A stretch of 64,000 nucleotides of DNA from Candidatus Shapirobacteria bacterium. Lineage in GTDB: Bacteria > Patescibacteriota > Microgenomatia > UBA12405. The notes beneath the pieces are model-generated. The model did not search any database, had not been told where the DNA came from, and saw nothing but the letters and a program-made list of their open reading frames with translations. Of the stretch, positions 37,202-46,353 are shown in pieces; position 1 is the first letter of the stretch, and the number at the start of each line of letters is the position of its first letter. The translations under genes and the position numbers were made by a program. The stretch lies in contig JAUYJS010000005.1 of assembly GCA_030698565.1 (NCBI GenBank), forward strand, positions 154,497-218,496, written 5' to 3'.

Positions 37202-38754
37202 CAAAACTTTACAACCCTACTTTTTAACATAGTAGCGAATGGCTCTTTTAACGTAAAGTTAGTTACTTTCTTTTCATCAATAGTAAAGTTCAAGAATATT
37301 TCTCGGCAAATTATATCTTTTCCTCTAGTATCTGCCGATTCAACAATAACTGCCGCATTTTTAGATAAGTTCAAGAATTGTTCTATTGTTAAGGGGTCTG
37401 TTTCTGAATTATTTAAATCATTTTCAAGTTTACTAATGTTGTTGGTTAATTGTGTTTCTTGAGCCTCCATTTTTTCTATTTCATCCGAGTTTATTTTCCA
37501 AATGGTTGAACCTATCTTATAATTGATAATTTCCAGACTTCTGTCTTTAATATCTTTTTTAATTTGTTTTAACACTCCTCTAATATTATTTAATTCTTGT
37601 TTTATTTTTTGCTTCTTAGCATCTGATAGTTTTATAAGATTATCTTGATAATTCTCATAATCTTTTTCGGTAAAATTTAACCCGGTTGTTAAAAATTCAT
37701 ATACAAAGTTAAAAATAACTTTAGAACGTATAGATTTATTTTTACGAATACATAAAGGATTATCACAACGAATATAAAGATATTTTGTTTTCTTACGGCT
37801 TCCAGAGGTAGTTGGTGCTATAACCATTCTACCTCCACAATAATGACAGTAAACCATCCCTCTTAAGGGAAAAAAGGATACTTTGTAGTTTATATTTGGT
37901 TTCATCTTCTTTAAATTAAATCTTTGTATAGCCATAAAGTCTTCTTCACTGACTGCCGGTTTAAAAATTGAAGTTAGATTCTCTCTAAGATCTACTGTAT
38001 CGTTTGCTTGTATTATTTTTCCATAATAAAAAGAGTCGTGAAACATGACACTTAATCTCTGTTTACTTATTAGTATTTCTTTTTTAGATTCATTTTTTAA
38101 TACTCGCGAATAACCATTTTTGTCTAGATATTTTTTAATTTCTTCTATTGAATCCCCCTCTTTTCTCATCTGCCAAGCTGTACAAATTAAATCAAAATTT
38201 TTTCCGTCTGGTTTATAAATTCCATTTTCATTTATATAACCATGTTTAGGAATATGGGTTCTACCGCCTTCTGAAAACTTATGTCTAGTTCCCCGTGTTA
38301 CTTTTTGCGATAGATCATCTGAATACTGTTTTGATAACACAAACGCCATTCCTAAAAGCATTTTCCCGTTGGCATCTTTTGTAAAATAATGGGTTTTAAA
38401 TTTTAGGTCTTTAATTATTGCTTCATCAATAAGGTTAATTATTTCTCCCCCTTCTAACATGTTACGAGCCAATCTGTCAGGGTTCCAAGAAATAATTCCA
38501 TCATAAAGACCTTTTTTAATATCCTTAATCATTTGGTTATACAATGGTCTTTGACCGGGTTTCTTAGCTGATTGTTTTTCTGAAATAGTTTCTACAATAT
38601 TTATATTTAAATCTGAGGCTAGTCGCCTACAATCTAATATTTGATCATTGATAGAACGTATTTGTCTTGATTCATCAGTTGTGGATTTACGAGCGTAAAG
38701 AACATATTTTAATTTCTTGATATCTAATTCTTGTTCTTCTAAAATAGAATTCAT
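37147..38754 (-). CDS. large serine recombinase (integrase)
   Basis: YARKST, E..SAK..GQRP, DRLARN catalytic motifs; zinc ribbon CHYCG...C...C; coiled coil; 3' end runs antisense into the tRNA. Confidence 0.93.
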   Translation of the reverse strand: MNSILEEQELDIKKLKYVLYARKSTTDESRQIRSINDQILDCRRLASDLNINIVETISEKQSAKKPGQRPLYNQMIKDIKKGLYDGIISWNPDRLARNMLEGGEIINLIDEAIIKDLKFKTHYFTKDANGKMLLGMAFVLSKQYSDDLSQKVTRGTRHKFSEGGRTHIPKHGYINENGIYKPDGKNFDLICTAWQMRKEGDSIEEIKKYLDKNGYSRVLKNESKKEILISKQRLSVMFHDSFYYGKIIQANDTVDLRENLTSIFKPAVSEEDFMAIQRFNLKKMKPNINYKVSFFPLRGMVYCHYCGGRMVIAPTTSGSRKKTKYLYIRCDNPLCIRKNKSIRSKVIFNFVYEFLTTGLNFTEKDYENYQDNLIKLSDAKKQKIKQELNNIRGVLKQIKKDIKDRSLEIINYKIGSTIWKINSDEIEKMEAQETQLTNNISKLENDLNNSETDPLTIEQFLNLSKNAAVIVESADTRGKDIICREIFLNFTIDEKKVTNFTLKEPFATMLKSRVVKFCRGYWIRTSNLTHPIRAR

Positions 38755-38759
38755 TTGTA

Positions 38760-39140
38760 TTATTGATTAATTGTTTTATACCATCCTCTCGCAAGACGTT
38801 TATTTATTTCTATAAGTTGTTCTTTTACTAATTTATCATCTGTTTCATCTTTTAGGTCTTTAGGCTCTCTTTTACCAAATTCGTCTGTATATACACGTTC
38901 TAAATACCAGGCAGCTGCCTGCCAAGACTTGTTTGAAGCTTCAAAAATTCTACTAATTAATAATAATTTCCTTTCCATTTCTGCCTTTTTTATGGTGTCG
39001 GAAAACTCCGGTTTTTCTTTTTGCCATTCGTAAAAAGTACTTTCTGATATTCCCATACAAAAAGAGGCGTCTCTATTTGACAATCCTTTTTTAATCAGTT
39101 CACAAATTTTTTCTAATAAATCTTTTGAGTATTTAGCCAC
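38760..39140 (-). CDS. phage terminase small subunit-like HTH protein
   Basis: KYS....KIC, GISESTFYEW...PEF, SWQAAAWYLER. Confidence 0.7.
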   Translation of the reverse strand: MAKYSKDLLEKICELIKKGLSNRDASFCMGISESTFYEWQKEKPEFSDTIKKAEMERKLLLISRIFEASNKSWQAAAWYLERVYTDEFGKREPKDLKDETDDKLVKEQLIEINKRLARGWYKTINQ

Positions 39141-39243
39141 ACACTATTTTACATTTATTCTACCGATTAATCATTTATTATCAGTAAAAATGCTAATGAC
39201 ATTAGCCATTTCTAGTTTGAATTATTTTTAACTATTATTCTGA

Positions 39244-39594
39244 TTACAATTTAATACCAGTTATTTGAGGTTTGTTGATTTCATCATTCATAATAGCAAC
39301 CCACATACACCGACAACCATCGTGAATAGGTGGTTTGTATTTATAATAAGCTGGGTCGTCTTTAGCAATTACACTTCCGTCTAATTTTGCACAAGTAGGA
39401 CATGTTTTATCATCTAAAATAGCAGAATACTCAAAAGCATAAATATCCTTGGCGTATTCAGTTAGTAGTATATCTATATTTTCACTTGAGGCATGTATAT
39501 TTGCAGATTCAACATTATTTGACTTGTTATTTACTTGTTTTGAAGTAGAGAATATTTTTATAAATATATCTATTAAGTTGTTAATTATCATCAC
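39244..39594 (-). CDS. stand-alone phage head morphogenesis (SPP1 gp7/MuF) C-terminal domain
   Basis: YSAILDDKTCPTCAKLDG...PPIHDGCRC. Confidence 0.8.
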   Translation of the reverse strand: MMIINNLIDIFIKIFSTSKQVNNKSNNVESANIHASSENIDILLTEYAKDIYAFEYSAILDDKTCPTCAKLDGSVIAKDDPAYYKYKPPIHDGCRCMWVAIMNDEINKPQITGIKL

Positions 39595-39606
39595 ATTTAT
39601 TAGCTA

Positions 39607-39813
39607 TTATTTTCTAAGCGAATTTATTATTTCATTATCAACATTACTAAGGGTTTCCATTGCATTGGTAATTTGGTCAATTAACTGTTTATTGGCGTAG
39701 TTTAAATACAAATTTGTTTTATTTAAATTAAACAAAAATATTACTGAAATAATTAGTCCAACAATAGACAATCTTAAGATCCACAATTCTGTTTTAGATA
39801 TATTAGTTTTCAT
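39607..39813 (-). CDS. small single-TM protein, hypothetical
   Basis: 68 aa, one TM then coiled-coil-like tail. Confidence 0.6.
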   Translation of the reverse strand: MKTNISKTELWILRLSIVGLIISVIFLFNLNKTNLYLNYANKQLIDQITNAMETLSNVDNEIINSLRK

Positions 39814-39845
39814 ATTTTAAGTTAATTATTACCAAATAATAACAT

Positions 39846-39882
39846 AACTTTCCATATATGGAATGGTGTTATATGGCAAGTT
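39846..39882. promoter_or_regulatory. candidate XRE operator (palindrome plus inverted half-site)
   Basis: Perfect TTCCATATATGGAA at 39850-39863; AACTTTCCATAT...ATATGGCAAGTT. Confidence 0.55.
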
Positions 39883-39903
39883 CCCCAATAATGAGCTTGT
39901 TGT

Positions 39904-40140
39904 ATGCAAGGCTATAAAAAAGACAACCCATATCAAAGAGAACGTAAGGTCTTAGGACAAACGATTAAAAGATTAAGGGAGAATGTTGGAATAACTCAAG
40001 AAGATTTAGCGGACAAGGCACATGTTAACGTATCTTATCTAGCAAAGATTGAGACAGGTTATGTAAATACTACCGTTAGATATTTGATTAAGATTGCTAG
40101 AGGGTTAGGAGTAAGTGTAAAAGAATTGTTTGAATTTTAA
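39904..40140 (+). CDS. XRE family HTH regulator (C-protein-like)
   Basis: IKRLRE..GITQEDLA......SYLAKIETG. Confidence 0.93.
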   Translation: MQGYKKDNPYQRERKVLGQTIKRLRENVGITQEDLADKAHVNVSYLAKIETGYVNTTVRYLIKIARGLGVSVKELFEF

Positions 40141-40151
40141 CTCAAAAAAAA

Positions 40152-41762
40152 CTAATTATCGGATTGGGGATCTTTCCAATTATCTGGAATCTTGATAGTT
40201 GCTTTTATTCCTGCGTGGTTTTCAAGTAAATAAAGTAAATTGGTTCCACTAAGTAATTCCAATGGTTTACCTGCAGCAAAATCAAAAGCAGCCTTACCAT
40301 AGCCACTTGTAGTAACTAATATACCTTTAGATGCTCCTTCATTTTGGACCGTACCAAATAAATCCCTTACAGCACTAACACCGACTGTATTTTTGTATCG
40401 TTTTGCTTGAATAACGACCTTACCACCAAATATGGGGCGAGGATCATAAGCGACACAATCAACCCCTCCGTCACGTGATGCTTGGGTTAAACGTGTTTCA
40501 AGACCCATCTTCTCAAAAAGATTAGTTATAAGTGACTCAAACTCACCAGGAGTTAAATCCATTAAATTTGGTCTTTGATCTAATTCAGATAAAACATCTG
40601 ATGCTTCAATAAATCTAGAATCAACCATGTTGAATTCCAACACTGGTCTTACAGGGGCTAATTCTGATGGATTTTTTGAAAAAGATGCGTCAAGTGTTTT
40701 TAAACAAGAAATTGGATCAATTCGTGAAAGATCAATATCTTTAAAAACAGAGTCTGTTGTTCTAATTGTAATAATACAAGGCCGAATATCTTTACCCGTT
40801 CCGCTATTTATTGAATTAACATATCCGTTAAAAACCAAGCTTTCAACTAAATTTTCTTTATCTATAGAAAAAATTATATTTAAAATACGAAGCGATTCTT
40901 GTGCAATAAAAGACGTGTATAAATTTTTACGAAAAGTAATTGATGCTGGAATAGATAAAATTTTGTCTGATGATTTTATATATTTACAAGAGGACTCAAG
41001 AGGAATAATTTCAAATGGTGGTAAATCATATTCTATAACGAGTTGTTTTGACTCTGGTATATATGCGAGTTTTGTATTGGATGGAAATTCAGTGGGAAGT
41101 TCAAAAAATTCTAATGCCCAAGAAAAAAATTCTACTACTGCTTGTGGTTGCTTTTTTGTAAAATTATCTTTTAACTTAAAAATCTCATTATTTTTTTCTT
41201 TTGTCTCTTTAATTATTTTTTCTACCTCTTTATTATAATTTTTTTTAGCTTCTAATAACATCTCTTTCCTCTTTTTTTCTTGTATTTTATACAATTCAAC
41301 GTCTTTATTATAATTAATTTCAGCTTCTTCAGTTCTTTTTTTATGTATATTTTTTACTCCTGGAATTAATTTTAACAATCCAAGTTCTTTAGGAAGATAA
41401 TCCTCAAGTTCAGGCTCATTTTCAGTAATATTTAATTTTCCGGGATTAAATGGTTTTATGTCAGGTTCTTTTATAAATTTATCAAGTGAAAAATTATATG
41501 ATTTTAAAAGTGAGTTTTTAAGTCTATCGGATAATTGCTTTATTTGATTAGACAAATCAACTTTTAAAGCTTCTGTTTGTCCTAGTTGAGATTGTAAATA
41601 TTGGCGAGCTTTTTCTTTTTCGTCCAGAATTTTCGCACGTAACATTTGTTTGCGATGTGCTTCTTCCTCTCTTAGGACACGTTTTTGATAGGCGAGATTT
41701 AATCTTGCTTGTCTATTTGCCTCACGTGCAGACGCACGTATCATTTTTACTAAAAGTCCCAT
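40152..41762 (-). CDS. Mrr-family (type IV-like) restriction endonuclease with long N-terminal coiled coil
   Basis: EFESLI..LF..MG, DGGVDCVA, VIQAKRY, VRDLFG, GILVTTS. Confidence 0.88.
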   Translation of the reverse strand: MGLLVKMIRASAREANRQARLNLAYQKRVLREEEAHRKQMLRAKILDEKEKARQYLQSQLGQTEALKVDLSNQIKQLSDRLKNSLLKSYNFSLDKFIKEPDIKPFNPGKLNITENEPELEDYLPKELGLLKLIPGVKNIHKKRTEEAEINYNKDVELYKIQEKKRKEMLLEAKKNYNKEVEKIIKETKEKNNEIFKLKDNFTKKQPQAVVEFFSWALEFFELPTEFPSNTKLAYIPESKQLVIEYDLPPFEIIPLESSCKYIKSSDKILSIPASITFRKNLYTSFIAQESLRILNIIFSIDKENLVESLVFNGYVNSINSGTGKDIRPCIITIRTTDSVFKDIDLSRIDPISCLKTLDASFSKNPSELAPVRPVLEFNMVDSRFIEASDVLSELDQRPNLMDLTPGEFESLITNLFEKMGLETRLTQASRDGGVDCVAYDPRPIFGGKVVIQAKRYKNTVGVSAVRDLFGTVQNEGASKGILVTTSGYGKAAFDFAAGKPLELLSGTNLLYLLENHAGIKATIKIPDNWKDPQSDN

Positions 41763-41786
41763 AATTTAAGTCAAATAAGTTACAAT

Positions 41787-42365
41787 TTATTTATACCATT
41801 TATCAAAACGTTCTGGAATAACTTTAATTATATATCCGCTTTTCGTTAAAAGAGTATCAAAACCCTCTCCACGGAGTGTATTAAAAATACTAATATGTTT
41901 TGTTCCGCAGATAAAAACGACATTTTTATCTTTTATTTTATCTACAATTTTTTTTAACCAAATTTTTTCTCTTTTTTCATACTCTTTCCACATTTCACAA
42001 TCAATTATCATTCTTTGTTCTGGAGTTAATAGACCTATCCAACCATGTTCTTTTTTTAAATCATTCTCATCTTTAATGTTTTCGTTTATTCTTTCATGCA
42101 ATTCTGGATCACAATAACTATGGTCTATATTATTTTTTAATTCTTTTTTCATTTTATCAACCAAACGTTTTATTGTAGAGCTTTTGACTTTCCATATTTT
42201 ATTAACATCAACACTCCATTCTTCAAACACAAATCTAATATCAAAATCTAAAATTAAATTTTCTAATGTATTTAAAAACTGTTTTGATAAATTACAATCT
42301 TTATTTAACTGAATATCATGGTTAATGCCAATTAAGTAGACCACTTCTTTAGACACTTGGTTCAT
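41787..42365 (-). CDS. hypothetical protein, possible TraB/EreA/ChaN-like fold
   Basis: YLIGINH, VFEE, REKIW, FICGTKH motif order. Confidence 0.6.
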   Translation of the reverse strand: MNQVSKEVVYLIGINHDIQLNKDCNLSKQFLNTLENLILDFDIRFVFEEWSVDVNKIWKVKSSTIKRLVDKMKKELKNNIDHSYCDPELHERINENIKDENDLKKEHGWIGLLTPEQRMIIDCEMWKEYEKREKIWLKKIVDKIKDKNVVFICGTKHISIFNTLRGEGFDTLLTKSGYIIKVIPERFDKWYK

Positions 42366-43194
42366 ACAACTTCTTTTTAAAAAAATTATGATATTTTGCC
42401 AATGAACAATCAATTATTTTATATTGTTTAAGTTTACTTGCAAAATAAAGATAAAAAGTGAAGGAACTCTTTAAAACGAGGTCAATATTATTAGGATTTT
42501 TATCAAGTATCAACATGTCTCCTTTATCATTATTAATCCAAAAGTGCTGAATACCTCTCATTGAAAGATGAACATATTCCGAAAGGTGCTTATAAGCTAA
42601 TAGATAGGTATGTTCAACTCCTCCAGACTTATCTTTTTGTTTTGTTTTTAATTTTTGGTCTATTCCAATAGCCCTATCTAAAAGACTTCCCCATTCCTTA
42701 TCAAATTCCTTCTTTTTCTTGAACGAGATGCCCAGTTTTGATTTGTAGTATGCAAGTTCATCAGAAGGCACTTTAGACATATCTCTTAATTTTTGCCTAG
42801 TGAATATTTTTTTTCTTTGTTTCGGATACCTTGTGTAGTAATCTTGTAATAATTGGACTAGCGATTTTCTATAATAACTATCTTCAATTGCAAAAAGATA
42901 CAATAATCTGTCATTGGGATGACCTAGAACATACATTGAGTTAATCCATGCTTCCACAATGCTTCTTAAGATAACTATTGCTGCCTCTGGTCTACTTTGT
43001 TTACATAGTTCAAATATCGCTTCTGTATATGAGTTAACAGCGGCAAACATTGATACTAATAATATCTGTTTTAAATTTAATTTATTTTTATAAATAGGTT
43101 TTCTTGTAAATTCATCTTTCGTATAATTAACCATTTCCGATAGCTTTTCTAGTATTTCCTGATTTTTGGGTTTTATTTTTGGTAAAATATCCAT
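42349..43194 (-). CDS. DUF5677-like (HEPN-like) protein
   Basis: AIVILRSIVE and YKHLSEYVH motifs. Confidence 0.7.
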   Translation of the reverse strand: MDILPKIKPKNQEILEKLSEMVNYTKDEFTRKPIYKNKLNLKQILLVSMFAAVNSYTEAIFELCKQSRPEAAIVILRSIVEAWINSMYVLGHPNDRLLYLFAIEDSYYRKSLVQLLQDYYTRYPKQRKKIFTRQKLRDMSKVPSDELAYYKSKLGISFKKKKEFDKEWGSLLDRAIGIDQKLKTKQKDKSGGVEHTYLLAYKHLSEYVHLSMRGIQHFWINNDKGDMLILDKNPNNIDLVLKSSFTFYLYFASKLKQYKIIDCSLAKYHNFFKKKLYEPSV

Positions 43195-43288
43195 CTGTTG
43201 TTTTACCTTTTATAACACAAACCTCATGTACATATATTAGATCTTAATACTTCTACTAATTTACTTATTAAGTTCAATAATACTTTTC

Positions 43289-43465
43289 TTAATTAGTTTT
43301 CGGATCATCATCTAACTTAATACGTTTTCCATCTGAGTCTTTTATGCTTGTTGCATTGGCTTTTGCTTCTTCTGAATTTACATCAACAGATTTCATTGTA
43401 TTAATTAGCAGATCAAGTGATGTTGGTTGTGTAGATGTGTTTTTTTGATTTTCGTCAATACTCAT
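43289..43465 (-). CDS. 58-aa hypothetical protein (not in ORF track)
   Basis: MSIDENQKNT...DDDPKTN; TATAAT 7 nt before the ATG. Confidence 0.5.
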   Translation of the reverse strand: MSIDENQKNTSTQPTSLDLLINTMKSVDVNSEEAKANATSIKDSDGKRIKLDDDPKTN

Positions 43466-43588
43466 AAGGAGAATTATAGCTATTTTGTGGGTATTTTAAA
43501 AGTAAATATTCAGATAGTTTTTCTTTGTTGTTGTTATAATCCCAATTATTAACAAGCGATTCAAATAGGGGTTTAAAAAGTTCAATGC

Positions 43589-43711
43589 TTATCGCTTCAT
43601 CCCGACAATACCTTTTTTCTCTTCCCATGCCTCAATTTGCTCATCAGCAAATTTGTCAACTTGGGTGACGTAAACATTGCTATCTATCACTTTAGTGTTT
43701 TTATCTCGCCA
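43589..43711 (-). pseudogene. possible 3' gene remnant
   Basis: Open stretch WRDKNTKVIDSNVYVTQVDKFADEQIEAWEEKKGIVGMKR* preceded by an in-frame stop. Confidence 0.3.
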
Positions 43712-43893
43712 TTACTGTTTTTGTACGTTTAAGGCGACTTGGTGACATAATGTCTCACAGACAAACTGCCCTATTATCGGCTATGTTCTGTAATTTGGAT
43801 TATGGGAAGTTGAGTCACCAAACTTACATCAAAAAGGTGACGTTTGTATACCTAAAAAAACCTGAAATAATTTAGCTTACCGAAAAAAATAAT

Positions 43894-44157
43894 TTATTTT
43901 TTTGGTTGTATAGCCACTTCCTGCTCATTAAAGATAGCCTTCACTGGTTTACCAGTTTCTGCTGTAATTTTTTGCATCGTATCGAGTAAACCGTCTCTTG
44001 AGCAACCAGGCAAAACTTCTACATCAACCTGTTCATTTCCAACACTTATTCCGCCAATAAAAACCTGTACTTTATGACCCTTAACTTTCTTTAAACCACG
44101 CATCGAATACTTTTCAGTTAAGGTCTGGGGGGCTAGGTTTCGATTAACTTCTTTCAT
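43894..44157 (-). CDS. hypothetical protein
   Basis: 87-aa ORF with plausible composition. Confidence 0.6.
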   Translation of the reverse strand: MKEVNRNLAPQTLTEKYSMRGLKKVKGHKVQVFIGGISVGNEQVDVEVLPGCSRDGLLDTMQKITAETGKPVKAIFNEQEVAIQPKK

Positions 44158-44448
44158 AATTTTATCTTCTAAGTTTAGAATTTCATCTATATTGTAACAT
44201 ACATAGTTGTTCCTAAAATTTATAGATATTTGTCATTTTTTTGGATTTAAAATCGCGCGCGCAAAGAATAATTTTCAATCGAGCCCCGCTTTTTACGCCG
44301 TGCCCCCGCCCACGGCGTGCGGGGAAGTGTTATAATTTCATGAATACAGTTCGAATTTTTCAGTACAATGCCGACTTAGTTTAAACGCATTCACATAATC
44401 GCTTGTTCGAAGAAATGAAAGTAAGAGTTTGTGGATCTAATAAAAAGC

Positions 44449-44991
44449 TTAACGCTTTAATTCTGAAATAGCTTCGCCTTCTTCTTGATAAGTCTTGGAA
44501 GACTCTTCAATCATGCTGTATGCGTCTTCTAAACTTCTCCAACCTTTGATAACAACGTCTTTTTCTTCAAGTCTTTTATATTCACTAAAAAAATGAACGA
44601 TTGATTTTAAAAGGTGGGGTGAGACATCGTTTACATCTTTGATATGAGCGAAGTTTGGATTCTTGGCTGGGACAGCTAAAACTTTTTCATCATCACCCTT
44701 TTCGTCGGCCATAATAAAAAGACCGATGGGGCGAGCTTCCATAAGACAACCTGGGAAAACAGGAGAGTCGGTAATAACCATTATATCCATATGATCACCG
44801 TCGGCGGCTCTAGTTTCTGGAATAAAACCATAATCAACCGGATAAAAGAATGGTGAATGAAGTACTCGGTCGAGTTTTATGACATTTAATTCTTCATCAA
44901 ATTCGTATTTGTTATGGGAACCTTGGGGAATTTCTATGATAGCGTTGACTATCTGAGGAGATTTTTTGTTATTTGGCACTAGTTGAATCAT
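44449..44991 (-). CDS. ppa: inorganic pyrophosphatase (family I)
   Basis: IEIP.GS.NKYE, LDRVL, YGFIP.T...DGD..D, D.KVLAV, YK.LE. Confidence 0.96.
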   Translation of the reverse strand: MIQLVPNNKKSPQIVNAIIEIPQGSHNKYEFDEELNVIKLDRVLHSPFFYPVDYGFIPETRAADGDHMDIMVITDSPVFPGCLMEARPIGLFIMADEKGDDEKVLAVPAKNPNFAHIKDVNDVSPHLLKSIVHFFSEYKRLEEKDVVIKGWRSLEDAYSMIEESSKTYQEEGEAISELKR

Positions 44992-45010
44992 AATGATATG
45001 ATACTAGCAT

Positions 45011-45181
45011 ATGGAAAGTAGAAATAAAAGCGAAAATATTAAAGACAATTTGATTTTTAAAATTGAAACAGAGGATACGGATAAGATCCTAAATAAGAGA
45101 ATTAAAATTATAAAACGAGCCTATGCAAGTTTGCGTAGATCGGCTTGGGAAAAATTGAAAGGTAAGTTGGGTGAGTGCTAA
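45011..45181 (+). CDS. 56-aa hypothetical protein (not in ORF track)
   Basis: MESRNKSEN...WEKLKGKLGEC fills the gap between ppa and the 45178 gene. Confidence 0.4.
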   Translation: MESRNKSENIKDNLIFKIETEDTDKILNKRIKIIKRAYASLRRSAWEKLKGKLGEC

Positions 45182-46290
45182 TGGTCGAGTAGATTAATAA
45201 AAAGTAAAAATAGAAGTATTAGTATCACAACGATTATAATTCCGATTGTAAATTTTGATATGGGCTTTTTAGTTTGTTTTATATTATTTTCAGCTAGATA
45301 CTTTAGATTTTGATAAATAGAATAAATAAAAACACTTCCGATTGATCCCCAAATAGTAGCTACTATAAAATTGGTTCCAAAAATAATTATGCCCGATAAA
45401 TTGAATAATTTAATTAAGAAATTTGTTAAAAATGAAATTATAAAAAACAAGACGCCCATTAAAAAGAATCTACTAAATAAATCTGGCCACCAGCCACCAA
45501 CATAACCTTTGCTATCAATTATTGAATCGATAATATTATTATTCTTCTTTTCCACTATTGTATACGGAGCCATTAAATACCAAAAAGAGAACATTATAGA
45601 TGGTATAAAAAGCAATCCAAAAACAATGATGGGGGTAAACAGTGCGCTTATATTGACAGATGTTCTAAGACTAAAGTAAGTTAGATACGCAACGATTAAA
45701 AGGACCGTTGCAAGCAACACATTGACCACTGCTGAAAGTAAAGCTATTTTAGGAATATTTTTTAATATATTTCGTAAGGTTTCCTTTAAATCCAACTTGT
45801 CACTTGACCTTTTCAATATTAAAAATACAGTTATGTTCTTTAAGTTTAAAAATATATTTAATAGTATTATGTTAATAACGCCAAAAACTATTAATATTGG
45901 CGGAAGTGATCGGGTTGTATAACTCTTGACCAGTTCCATAAATGCTGTCCTGGGTATGAAAAGTAATATGATAGACAATAATCCTTCGTACAATAGCGAA
46001 AAAAATAATATTGACAGAGACAAACTTATAAAGTTACTTTTGTATAAATTAATAGATCTTTTTAAAAGGTCGCCAAAACTTAGAATTCCAGTATATATTT
46101 CCTGTTCTGATGAATTTTCTAAACCAATAGAATGAACTTCCGGGACAACATTTACTCTCAACTTTTCGAACGCTTCGTTTATGTCCTGTTCGGACCAACC
46201 AGCCTGAAGCAAATTGATTTTTATTGTTTCCTCAGATAACTTTTTATCAAGACAAATCTTAACGTAATCAAGTAATTGTTGTGTAACCAT
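45178..46290 (-). CDS. multi-TM membrane protein with small N-terminal helical domain
   Basis: MVTQQLLDYV...LLQAGWSEQDINEAF then ~7 TMs; APY, S..YV.G.W. Confidence 0.75.
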   Translation of the reverse strand: MVTQQLLDYVKICLDKKLSEETIKINLLQAGWSEQDINEAFEKLRVNVVPEVHSIGLENSSEQEIYTGILSFGDLLKRSINLYKSNFISLSLSILFFSLLYEGLLSIILLFIPRTAFMELVKSYTTRSLPPILIVFGVINIILLNIFLNLKNITVFLILKRSSDKLDLKETLRNILKNIPKIALLSAVVNVLLATVLLIVAYLTYFSLRTSVNISALFTPIIVFGLLFIPSIMFSFWYLMAPYTIVEKKNNNIIDSIIDSKGYVGGWWPDLFSRFFLMGVLFFIISFLTNFLIKLFNLSGIIIFGTNFIVATIWGSIGSVFIYSIYQNLKYLAENNIKQTKKPISKFTIGIIIVVILILLFLLFINLLDH

Positions 46291-46353
46291 ACCCTAAGTT
46301 TATATTTATTTTATATAAAATAAAGGTATGAAAAAGTAGATATTTTACTAAGG

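Larger units (their letters stand above)
37181..44356. mobile_element. integrative element at tRNA-Pro (right boundary tentative)
   Basis: Serine integrase abutting and overlapping the tRNA; phage-like and defence-like cargo; GTTCGAAT core at 37181 and 44349; housekeeping ppa resumes after. Confidence 0.7.

Noticed and set aside
37160-37462. Plus-strand 100-aa ORF starting in the tRNA
   Set aside because: Antisense to the integrase and overlapping the tRNA, with no coding features
44340-44384. Plus-strand micro-ORF MNTVRIFQYNADLV as a gene
   Set aside because: Too short; at most a relic of a recombinase C-terminus or att site, covered under the att finding
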